This document shows positions 1 to 11,585 of a DNA stretch of 64,000 bases, piece after piece. The stretch lies in assembly GCA_964188305.1 (NCBI GenBank), contig OZ076892.1; one strand, given 5' to 3'. Numbering within the stretch: the stretch's first letter is position 1; each line of letters begins with the position of its first letter. The notes under the pieces were generated by a model. That model searched no databases. It was not told where the DNA came from and saw only the letters and a list, made by a program, of their open reading frames with translations. Both the position numbers and the translations under genes were made by a program. The DNA is from Podarcis bocagei. Taxonomy: Eukaryota.

Positions 1-242
1 TATCTTATTTTATTGTACATTAAGTTTAAAATGGGAGCAACGCTATCATCCAGAATCTAAACATTCACAGGGGTATTGAGGGGTATTGAGAGACCTCAGG
101 GTTATAAACACACCTCTCAGATAGTTATGAAGCATTGAAATATAGTCCATTCTATGGGTGTTGCCAGTGTGGGCCATGTGACTAACTGGATGACAGGAAA
201 ACAGACATCCAAAATGATAGAGGCTTTAGTAAATGGGTGTTC

Positions 243-373
243 CAGGGCATAGATAAGGAACTTGTGGCCCTCCACATGCTGTTGGAGTTGAGCTCCCGTC
301 AGCCCCAAAGGTCAGCAATGATGGGAGCTATAGTCCAATAACATCTTAAGGACCACAGGTTTTCAATCCCTGC
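243..373. mobile_element. Short palindromic MITE (hAT-like)
   Basis: Inverted arms TGTGGCCCTCCA..TGTTGGA / TCCAATAACA..GGACCACAGG. Similar copies near 7090-7215, 28510-28620 and 36090-36220. Confidence 0.55.
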
Positions 374-1930
374 TCTAGGGCATATCTGTTCTAGATGTCC
401 TTACTCAGTAAATGTTGAAGTTGACACAAACAGCCTTCTTCAGGTATTCTGCATTGGGCTTAAGTTGGCATGCAGTGTGGTAGCAGGAATGAGCCTGTTA
501 GGTCCACCCTCACAGCTGCTCCAGTCACCCTTCCCAGATGCCAGCATTGTATATTTACTTAACCCTACTGCTGAAAGCATAAATAGGAATGTTACTTCTG
601 ATATAACTGGGTTCCCTGCCTTAAAAAAACTCCCTAAAAACCCTACTTAGTTCATTGACTGCAGGACAGATATCCATGTTTTGCTGAATAATCTGTCACA
701 TCAAAAAATGTATATTGCAGGGGAAAACATTTGTGGGGAAATGGAACTTCATTTCAATCTTAGTTACCCATCCACATTCCCCTGCATCTGAATATTTTCC
801 TGGATAAGGGAATCATAACATGATAACCTTTTTCTCAGGTGTTGCCAATTAAGGTATAAAGTTAAATAAAACTTTGGAAGGAAAACTATTATCCCTTTCA
901 TTCAATAAACACATCACACCAATGTTTCTCCCTCTTATTTTCAAAAGCATCAATTTTGTGTTGACCTTAAATTTGTGAAAATGAGTTAAAATTAGGATTA
1001 GTATGTCAAATGGGAACACCTGTTTTACAGATAAACATATTTAAATATCAACCTTTCCCACTTGATTGGTTTTTGAAGAAAAGAACTACTGATTAGAAAC
1101 CGACATTTAGGTCCATGACCTTCCAAAATGGCAGCTACAGTGTGGTTAACATTCTAGTACATTTGCTGCTTCCTCCCCAACGCATTTAGTCAAAAGGACA
1201 GTTTGAAGAGTCTTTTTCTATTTATTTTTCTATGAATGCTTCCTTCTCTCTAAAATGTGACAAAAGATCTTGACTGCAGCCATGAAATAAAGAGGTGTGA
1301 CACAAGAAATGTTCGGGTAAAACATGTGGTCACATTTAAATTTATGCAAATTATCTGCAATTTGACAGTGCGGAAACCTAGCTGTTAACCACCCAGGCAA
1401 GGTCCACTCTACCACATTAAGGAGGTGCTTAATATCACCCACTTTTCATCAGTCCCCACCTAAGCATGGGCAGGGAGTCCTTCATGACCCATCCCTTCTT
1501 GGGGAGCGCCACAACTCTGCCACAGGTTAGCCCCATAGTACCTTCAAACAATGAAATACCTGCCATTGTTTAAAATCACCATGTCCCTCTCAGTTTCCTC
1601 CATCCAGGCATTATTCAAACATATGCCTTTGATTTAAAACACCACTTTCCACCTCTCAGTATTCCTTCCTTTAGCTCCCATGCCATGGCCACTGCTGTTG
1701 TTCACTTTTGTTCCTCTACCCTGCCCTGACTTCATTCAAATCAGGGGCTGTGGTGTGACACTCCCCGATAGGGGTGGCCATAATGACATTATTATATTTT
1801 TATTAAATACAGAGAAAATATCAGCATTAAAATTCATCAGCATTTCAGTGCAAGTTTATCCTAATATACACATTTTGTATGTTTTTTCTGGCCTTGTGTG
1901 CACATTTTTGCAAAGCAAATTATCCTACTA

Positions 1931-2181
1931 CAGTCATACCTTGGAAGTCGAATGGAATCCATTCTGGAAATCTGTTCGACTTCCCAAATGTTTAGAAACC
2001 AAAGCATGGCTTCTGGTTGGCTGCAGGAACCTCTTGCAGCCAATCAGAAGCTGCAGAAGCCCCATCGGATGTTCGGCTTCCAAAGGAACATTCGAAATCT
2101 GTAACACTCACTTCCGGGTTTTGATCGTTTGGGAGCCAATTTGTTTGGGAGCCAAGGCATTTGAGATCCAAGGTACGACTG
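1931..2181. mobile_element. Tc1/mariner (Tigger-like) MITE
   Basis: TIRs CAGTCATACCTT / AAGGTACGACTG with TA on both sides. Inserted in an older repeat. Confidence 0.85.
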
Positions 2182-3129
2182 TATAATGATCTTTTACATT
2201 TTTTATTTAAAAGTAATATATGCATCTTTATGCGCAATGTACCCTAGTACATCCTAGTATACCCTTGTACATATTGCTTGGTTAGAGAACTGCATTGCAA
2301 AATTCCAAAGACTGGCTGTGTTATGGTTTTCATATTGTTTTGGAAAGTGCAAATTTGGTAGGCTCACCTTTGTGAACATACACCTGCTATTCTTTGTATG
2401 ATTGATCAACTTGGAAAAAAGCCACCATAATTGCTTTAATTTTCACTAATCTCCACATGGAAGCGCCAGACCATGCAACTGAGGCTCAGATGTGATCCAA
2501 GAGACCACACAACTTCTCCCCGCCCTGGGATTCAGTTGTATAAAACAGCAGGACCTTAGGATGTGCTGGTGGTTGAGATTTTTAATTGGTTTGTTTCGAT
2601 GTTTTTACAGATTTGGAGTTAGAAGTTCCAAAGAAGAAGATGAAAAAGAAGCCCCTCAGCATCATAAATATGATATGTTCCTTGTCCTTGTGGCTTGGCA
2701 TCCAACATATTTATGCCAATGAAAAGCAAATTATCATATGTATCCAAGTATGCAATTCACTGCAGCCATTTGAAACAAATTATCCATTCTTGGCTTAACA
2801 GATCATTACGCCCAGTGCTGCCGGTAAGATTCGCCTCCAAGAGTTTGGCCATTCTTAATTCTTGTTTAAAACTTTCCAGAAGTTTTAACTTAAAACTGCA
2901 AAAGGTTCATACTCAAAGATCATTTCCCATGAAGAAAACATACCTCAGGTTTAGATCTGTCACTGTGTTGGGAAAGAGTATCAAGCAATTAGAGTAATTA
3001 AAACAAATGAATAGGGGGTTAAACTTTTATGAAAAAGCTGTTATATTGTGGAATCAGACTTTTTAATGGACTGCAGGCATTAAACAGACCTTGTATTAGA
3101 CTTTGAAATTAATGGGTCACTCACTGTAT

Positions 3130-3277
3130 NNNNNNNNNNNNNNNNNNNNNNNNNNNNNNNNNNNNNNNNNNNNNNNNNNNNNNNNNNNNNNNNNNNNNNN
3201 NNNNNNNNNNNNNNNNNNNNNNNNNNNNNNNNNNNNNNNNNNNNNNNNNNNNNNNNNNNNNNNNNNNNNNNNNNNNN
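3130..3277. other. Assembly gap (N run)
   Basis: 148 N. Confidence 1.
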
Positions 3278-5959
3278 TCATTTTTCTTCCATTTCCCTCA
3301 ACCATATGCTTTGCCATTAATGGAAGCCTATACCCTTACATAGCTGAGAAATGCAAGAGTTTTATAATCATCACCGTCAACATCATCTATTTGTTAACAT
3401 TTATTTGGTTCTGCAGCCATGATTTCAGAAGATAAAATACCGCTCATTTTAGCCCTTACACTACTTATAATTAGGGGTGTTTGATGGATTTCTGATTTCC
3501 AATAAGAACTGGTTGATCCTCTCCTTTTGCACTAATATTTGGATTGGAACTTACGTCACCTCTGCATAATAAATTTTAAACACTGTTACACTACTTTAAC
3601 AGTCATGGAAATCATGGGCACTGTAATATGTTAAGGGCACAGGGAATTGTAGCTGTCAGGTTAGCCTCCAACAACAAACTACACTTCCCAGAATTCTTTG
3701 GGGGAAGTGTGGATGTGACCAATTGCACTGCCCAAACGTTCCAAAATCTGGCTTTTTAAACCATGTCAAAATGCACAGTGAAAGTGCATTTGGAAATTGG
3801 CATTTTGAGAGAGAGAAATAGATAAAGTCTCATGTGGGTTTAAGGAAAGTAAATTAAGGGCTAAATGGAATGGAATAGACTTACCAATTAACACATGCAA
3901 AATTGACCAGAGATGTAAATGTCATTTACAAAATGATACGCAGATAAGAGAATGTACAGCACTCATTTTTATTAAAGATTGTTCACTATACAAATTGTAA
4001 TGTTGCCTCAACTAATAGCTAACATTATTCTCCAAATACTAAAAAAATGCTCAGTGCACTTAAAAAAACCAAATTATTAATATTTAATTATTAATTATTA
4101 AATATTTCTATCCTATTTATTGTTATATATGTGTCTCTCTCTATAGCACCAATTGTTGCGCAACTACTAAATTAAACGTACACACAATTTTTTTTAAAGA
4201 AAAGAAAAGAAAGAAAGAAAGCATAAACAAAAGAAAAGGATACATTGCAGTAGATAGTAAGCAGCAAAATTGCAATATTTGCACATTACTTCCAATCACA
4301 GGGATGGTTCAATGAGTGAAAAAAAATTAGAAACTACAGTGTAGGTTAATTTCAAGAAATAATATCAAAGCAACTAATAAAACAGCTATATTCTGACCTC
4401 TATTAAAGAATGCCTTGCATTAATAAATTATAGTGCAAGTGCTCTCTACCTGCCCTGTCATGTGCCATATGCGGGTTAGTATCATCAGATGATTGATGAG
4501 GAATTTTGAAATGTGGTTTGCTCAATGTGGTTTGAAATGTGGTCTAGCACAATGAAGGAAGGGAAAGTGGAGGAAAATATTCCAGCTAGGGTTAGGCTGA
4601 AGCTAATCAGGTTTTGGAAACATTTTCAGTGGTGCAATAAGAGAGAGAGAGAGAATTAAAGATTTCTCACTCTCTGCAAAAATGTGCAGCAATCCATAGA
4701 TATTTCCGTCATTCTTCCTCAGTTTTAGTGACTTAGTATTGTGACTTGGATTGGCCTGCTCAGTGCATAGCCCATTATTGGTTGTGATAACCCATGTGAA
4801 TAATATAACCAGTAGGGAGAAACAATACTGAGAGCCATGAGGTTCTTGTTTAAGATACACAAGAAGGAGAGCAATGCAATGAGGGCAGGAGACAGCGGAA
4901 ACCCTCATGATTGTAATGGGCAACCATTGCTTTTTTGTTAAGGGTAGAAATGGAGGGCAGAGGGACTAGTCATCTTGTGAAGCAGGGGCACCATCCTGCC
5001 CTCAGGATTGTGGGTGCCTGCCACCACAATACAGGCATGTGACATTACATGCACATCCCTGCACATTGTGTGTGTGTGTGTGTGTGTAGAAATCAGCCGC
5101 ATGTGCAAAGGTAAAATTCACATTCATTTCTGCAGCCAATTTTGCCTCTGGCCCCACCCATCAGTGGTATGTGGCCCCTTGAACGTTGCCCCAATGGAAA
5201 TGTGGCCCTCAATCTGAAAAATGGTTTCCTCACCTTTGCTAGAAAGGTTATATCAGGTAAGAAGAGAGGACAATTGGACAGACCAAAGGCAGAATACCAC
5301 TATAATGAGAACAGTAATGTAACCTGGCATCTGAAACATTCCAGAGGCTGAAATAAGCAACGGTACTCTTTCTGATCAAAGCAGGGGAGGGAACACGTTA
5401 GTGCACCCTTCGTAACTTCTGTATCTCTGACAGAAGAAAAACTACTTGCTGTATCACCCCAGGACAATCACATTAAAGACAGCCATTACCGAGAATAAAC
5501 AGAATTGTTTAGACTTGGCACAGTGGACCACTCAAATCTACAGTGCACAAAGTGGAAATGTCCCCCCCCTAAAAGCCTAACATGACAGACACAGGCCATG
5601 CCGAAAGCATTCCATTTGGGCAATGAAATTGTGTTTGACAATCTCCTAATGAAAGGCTGGAGACTGCCTTTGGGCATATAGCCCTGAGCATCAGAAAAGG
5701 AAAAGAGGAGAGATGGAACAAGGTCATTGCGCTGGGGGGATAGAGGCTTCACATTAAAAAGCTCCCACCAGGAATCTTTTGCGTTATAATTTGTTGCTGA
5801 GTTGTGAATTCATAATTTCTTCCTCTTTGCTTCTGGTGAATGTCCACATCTTTCTCTTCAGGCCTCATGTCCTGCATGAAATCTCTGGTTTAACCTCCTA
5901 GTCTGTTCCAACTCAAACGAAACGAATGCTCAAGGACACTATCTTCAAAAACAGATATA

Positions 5960-6201
5960 CAGTGATACCTTGGGTTACAAACACCTCAGGTTACAAAAAC
6001 TTTGGGTTACAGACTCCTCTAACCCGGAAGTAGTACCTCAGGTTAAGAACTTTACCTCATGATGGGAACAGAAATTGCATGGTGGCGGCACGGCGGCAGC
6101 GGCTGGCTCCATTAGCTAAAGTCGTACCACAGTGTAAGAACGGTTTCAGGTTAAGAACGGACCTCTGGAACAAATTAAGTTAGTAACCAGAGGTACCACT
6201 G
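5960..6201 (+). mobile_element. Tc1/mariner (Tigger-like) MITE, family A
   Basis: TA-CAGTGATACC...GGTACCACTG-TA, with internal GGTTAAGAAC repeats. Homologous to the 10620 and 27820 copies. Confidence 0.88.
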
Positions 6202-6570
6202 TAATAAAGTTTCATAATACACAGCATGTATTTAATGGATGGAATTTGCTGCCACAATATGTGGCCACTAGCTTAGACACTATTCAATTCAGGGAAAAGA
6301 ATAGGTCAGTTTATTAGAGCTGTGCACAGTGCTGTCTGATCCACACCCTGGCCCTGCTGGTGTGTGTGTGTGCGTGCGTGCAAATCAACCTGCCCTGGGC
6401 CATCATAGGGACTACTGGGTCCAGATCTGGTCCTGAATTAGTCTGAGGTGGTACAACTGTTGAGCTAGGTTTTTTTAAAAAAATCAATGGCACCCGACTG
6501 AGGTACTCCTTCAAAAGTGGCTTATCTGCACCCTGTGGATGAGTGCCCTGCACCCCACAGGACTGATGCT

Positions 6571-6795
6571 TCATATAATTGTAGAATTAGAAGGAACCCT
6601 GAGGGTCATCTAGTCCAAGACATTGGAATGCAGGAGTCTCAACTAAAGCATCCATGACAGGTGGCCATCCAACCTCTGCTTAAAAACCTCCAACCAATGG
6701 GATTCCATGATCTCCCAAGGGAGTCCGTTTTTCAAATAGTTCTTACTATCAGAAAGTTCTTCCTATTGCTTAATCAAAATCTCATTTCTTGCAAC
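6571..6795 (-). mobile_element. CR1 LINE 3' end
   Basis: GAAGGAACCCTGAGGGTCATCTAGTCCAA..CCATCCAACCTCTGCTTAAA..AGAAAGTTCTTCCT is the reverse complement of a CR1 ORF2 end/3' UTR. Confidence 0.75.
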
Positions 6796-9580
6796 AGTTA
6801 TTGCACAGAGGCATCTATCCTGCAGGGATTGGACATAAGACAGGAATGAGAATCAGGCAGCATCAGGCTCCTGCATTTGCCTGGGAAGACAATGACAGGA
6901 GGTCTCAGTCTTTTTCTGGTTTTTTTCCACCCACTGCCCACCACTCCTTCTTACCTTATGCCCCTGACAGCTGTGGGGGAAGTCCTAGGAAACAGGATGC
7001 TGGAATGTATAGGCTATTGGTGAGACCTAGAAGTGTTTTGTCCTTTTTTAGTTGAACTTGTTCATAATCAACCTTGGTTACACTGCCCCATGAGTGGGAA
7101 ACCTAAGCTTTCCAGATATTGTGGGAATCCAACTCCATCAACCAGCATAGCCAGTGGTGAAGGATGCAAGTTGAAATCCAGCAACATTTGGAGGGCCTTG
7201 GGTTCCTCACGCCTGCTTCAGCCTCTCCCTTCTCCTTGATTTAGTCTTATCTTATCAAAACTCAACATCAATGCTTCTGAATAACAGTTGCTGGAAACTT
7301 CAGGAGGGGAAAGTGCTATTGTGCTCCAATCCTGCTGTTAGGGTTTCCCCCAAATGTCTGGTTGGTCACTGTGAGAACAGGATGCTGGAGTAGATGGACC
7401 ACTGGCCTGGTCCAGCAGGCTTTTCTTAGGTTCATTGCAACTGCTCATATCTGATTTCAAGTTCATTGGCAGTTCTATTTGATCCATTTCAGCAGGAGAT
7501 CATCCTGCCAAATTGGGTACACACTTACAGAAATAGAGACATTTTGAATTCACCTTTCATAGCTTTAGGAATGCTGCTCTTAGTTTTGTAGGGGAAAGAC
7601 AAGGCAAAGATGTAATCAATAAGCAACCTACTACATTTTGCTAGCCCTATTCAATGTGATGCCTTTACAAAATGCTGGTGTTAAGAACCACTGATGTTTG
7701 TAAAGAATGGCTGCGTCTTTCACACATATAAAAATGGATAGAATTGTTAGGGGCACCATAAAATCCCAACATGAGCACCAAACTTGAAACACAGTACAAT
7801 AAAAGTCAATAATAATGTTGTTTAAAATGTTCACATACATTATTTCAGCAATGCAATCGATCTAAGCAACAAACATGGAAAAAGTAGATTTTACACATTT
7901 CATGGTGCCAGGATTACTCATCTGACAGTACCCAAGAATCAATTACATTTTTTTTTAAAAAAAAGTCATTCAGAGTAGAGAGATCTGGTGAAAATAGGAT
8001 AATTCTATTAGCAAACAGTCCCATCATTTGAGCCATTACCATCAGCACAGCCACTGAGTTTATTCTGGTCTGTTTAGTATGGGGCTGCAAGCTGGTTCTA
8101 TGAACTGGGTTGCTTCATTGAATCAAGTGACAAATCTGACTGCTTGAAAGAGATGGGGTTGGTAAAAATCATTGAATTGATTTTTATACATCTTTCTGAA
8201 CCTTTTTAATGTAACATGCTAAGTGGTGGTTTCTTTCATCTTTCTTTTCTTTCTGCTTGATCTGTCAGATGGGGGAGGTTATATAATACTTATTCAGCCA
8301 ACTGGCTGGCAGTCATCATTTCCTTGCCCCAAAGATGTTCTCTGCCAGGGTTGGAGGAACTTTTTCTGGACAACAGGCCTTATCTCAGGCCAAATTGACA
8401 GGTAGGTGGAGCTGCTCATTTGTCATTCACCTGCCATCACTATGATGTCAAGTGACATTACACTTTGAAGTTCTGATTTGTCAGTACTCAGCCTAAAGTT
8501 CCTAAACCAGTCCATAACTTACAAAACTTATGGATGGAAACACTTTCTTCCCTCCACCCTACAATCAAGTCAATGTTTTTATTTCCCACCACTGCAAACT
8601 GGCAAAATGCCCTCCTCCCCAAATTCACCCCTGGCAAATAGAGCAGTGAATTGAGGGAAGGCTTTTTGCATCTCAGACATACTTTGGTGTAATGTGAATC
8701 ACAAATGATTGTGAATTTTCCACCTTTCTCAGTAAGGCTTCGCTCTGACTCTCTCTGTTGAGTGGCAATTTTCATGAAAACAACCTGCAGCAGAGTGAAA
8801 AGTTATTCAGAGGTAATGAGAGAGGGCTAAGGGCAAATGAGGCAATATATAGCTAACAATTCTCCACCTCAGATTAGAAGCTTAATGGAGCAAAGGAACC
8901 AACACATGATTTACGTCATTCAAATATATCCAAACTGAATGATCTGGTGTGGAAAGGCATTGAACCAAAAGGATCAATGGCATGCTGTTCTTTATACTGA
9001 ATATATCTTTTGAATATCCCAAGGTGGCCTCTCTCTCCTCCATCTGTCCTCACAGGGGCTTTTGCATAGCCATCATGCCCTGAGGAAAGCAAAGAAGACA
9101 AATTCCCCCCTTTTTATTGTTACTTTCAAAAAGCAAGTCTTATTGCTGCAATTATCTTATGTAAACCACTTTGTGATGTCTACCCAGAAAGGAGTATATC
9201 AATACATATACTTTCTAGATCTCTCAAAATAAGTCTGCCTTTATGTATGAATTTTGCACTCCTAAAAGAACCAGTTCACACATTACAACTAGGACTTAAA
9301 TATATCTGTAACTCTCTTATAAGATTTTACTACTATGTTTTTGCATGTCAAAGTCCTTGATTCGGGGTCTCTGGGGGGACTCACAGCAAAGGACTTATGC
9401 AGAGGTAAATAACATAAAACTCTCAAACATCAAACAACATGACTTTATTCTATCCTATTGATATGTACATAAATATAAATTGATTTTACATAAATGACAC
9501 AATATGATGAAACAGTACACAATCCTCCCAAAGTCTGGTCACCATAGAACCTCTCCATTTGGTCACTATCTACATTAGCT

Positions 9581-9872
9581 GGGTCCCATCTGCACTATAT
9601 GTTTAAAGCTCTATCATGCCACTTTATACAGCCTGTGATGGGAGTAGTTAAGAAAGCCTAATTCCCCTCACAGAACTACAATTTTCAGAGTGGTTTAAAA
9701 ATCAAGCCCTATTCCCACGGAACTCTGAGAACTGTAGCTGTGTGAAGGAAAGAGGGGTCTCCTAGCAATGATAAACACACTAAACCAACTACCGTTCCTA
9801 GAATTCTTTGAGGGAAGCCATGACTGTTTAAAGGGGTATCCTACTGCTTTAAACATGTAGTGCAGATATGGG
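9581..9872. mobile_element. Palindromic MITE (long internal inverted repeat)
   Basis: ATCTGCACTATATGTTTAAAGC ... GCTTTAAACATGTAGTGCAGAT. Partial copies at ~3585-3720 and ~51165-51345. Confidence 0.7.
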
Positions 9873-10619
9873 TTTGATCTTCCTGAAGTTTGGTCTTGCT
9901 TGCTGGCCACAGAGGGGAAATTGTCTTTGTTAATTTGTCTCTGCTCTACAGCAGTCTTCTCAAAAACGTTGCGTGTGTCAGTAATTCATAGAAGTGAAAT
10001 TAACAGGACTTTATAACATAAAGGAACATAAACAGACAACGAATGAGGGAACTTTGCAACTAATTTTACATTTTTAAAGGAAACCTCCCTACTATCCTGT
10101 TCTTAAGGGTTCAGAGCTTTACTCAACCTGAGTGCAGTTAGGAAGATGCTTGGCTAACCCCTCTCTGTAATCCTCCTTTCTTACAGTAGGCAAACTGCCC
10201 ATAATGGTGGCAGCTCCCTGCTTCAACTCTCTTACAGAACATCTTCAGGAATATCCTTCTACCAAAATACTTAAAGGAGAATTCCTTACTAGACTACATG
10301 CACATAAACATCAAAGTACGAATGTGTCAAAGATGTTTCCATATGTGTGTATCAAACAGGCACATTTCTTAAGGAGCCTTATTGGGTGCAATTTCTTGAG
10401 TGTTTCCTTGGTAGCTACTCAAAGTTGGTCCCTGAATAATTTGTGAAACAGCCCAAACAAAATATGTAAATCCACATCAGATCTTTCAAATGTTTATGAA
10501 TTTGAGGAGCTGCTGTTCTCAAACAAGTGATACATTTTAGTTTCAGTTTAATCTGCTACTTTGAATATACATTGGAACATAATATTGCAGGAAAGAAAGA
10601 AGCCTCTACATTCTAAATA

Positions 10620-10852
10620 CAGTGGTACCTCTAGTTACGAACTTAATTCATTCCGGAGGTCCGTTCTTAACCTGAAACTGTTCTTAACTAGAGGCGTACT
10701 TTCACTAATGGGGCCTCTTGCTGCCACAGCACACGATTTCCATTCTCATCCTGGGGCAAAGTTCTCAACTCAAGGTAACTCTTCCAGGTTAGCAGAGTTT
10801 GCAACCTGAAGCGTTTGTAACCTGAGGTCTTTTGTAACTCGAAGTACCACTG
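10620..10852 (-). mobile_element. Tc1/mariner MITE, family A (inverted relative to the 5960 copy)
   Basis: TA-CAGTGGTACC...GTACCACTG-TA. Confidence 0.88.
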
Positions 10853-11135
10853 TATAAAAATAGATTGGTAGCCTTATAACCAGAAATGGTTCAGCGAGTG
10901 AGGTGAAGCTACAATGCTAACTTTCTAGCAGGTGGGTCACTGCTGCTTACTAGGACAGAGAGGGGCGCGGCAGTGGGGAGGTTGCAGAACCTGTACTGAT
11001 ATGCTCTCATTGTTGTTAGGAGTCCTTTCTAGCCCAGTCTAGAGATGCTGGAAATGGTTTTGTGTCATTGTGATATTCTGTTTATTTACAAAAGTTCATG
11101 TTGAATAGGGGTATAGAAGCAAACACATAGGTATC

Positions 11136-11571
11136 TGTAATGAGGTATGAGTTACTCGTGCGTAAACTGCGGCCTCTCTTGCTTAATTGCCTTGGTTAAA
11201 CCGTTCTGACTGCACAGCCCATCTCCGTGTGGCTGTCTCAGTCGCTGGCAGAATCTGTCTGTGGGCGTTTCTTAAACCTTTTCCAGCATAAAAGCTGTCT
11301 GACTCCCAGTCTCCGCCTTCTCTCACTGCGCGGGAGTCTTCTGCGCAGGGAGGGCGTGGGTAGTGGAGGGCCTGTGCTCTCCTCACTAATCTCCAGAGAA
11401 GAATCCCGGTGCTCTTCCTTCGCTTCCCCCATTTGCCCCCCTTTATCCCTGGTGTTGCGCTGATTTCCTTCCTCCTCTACCGAGCTGCTTCTCCCCCTGG
11501 TGCTGGGTCCTTTGCCCGCAGAATCTGGGAGCCTCCCCTTCGCCTCTCGCTCTGATGTCAGTTCCCTGACA
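11136..11571 (-). repeat. 3' LTR of the gypsy element (436 bp)
   Basis: Direct repeat of 16303-16739, preceded on the minus strand by the polypurine tract. Confidence 0.97.
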
Positions 11572-11585
11572 TCCACCTCCCCTCC
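11572..11585 (-). promoter_or_regulatory. Polypurine tract (plus-strand primer)
   Basis: The minus strand reads GGAGGGGAGGTGGA immediately before the TG of the 3' LTR. Confidence 0.85.
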
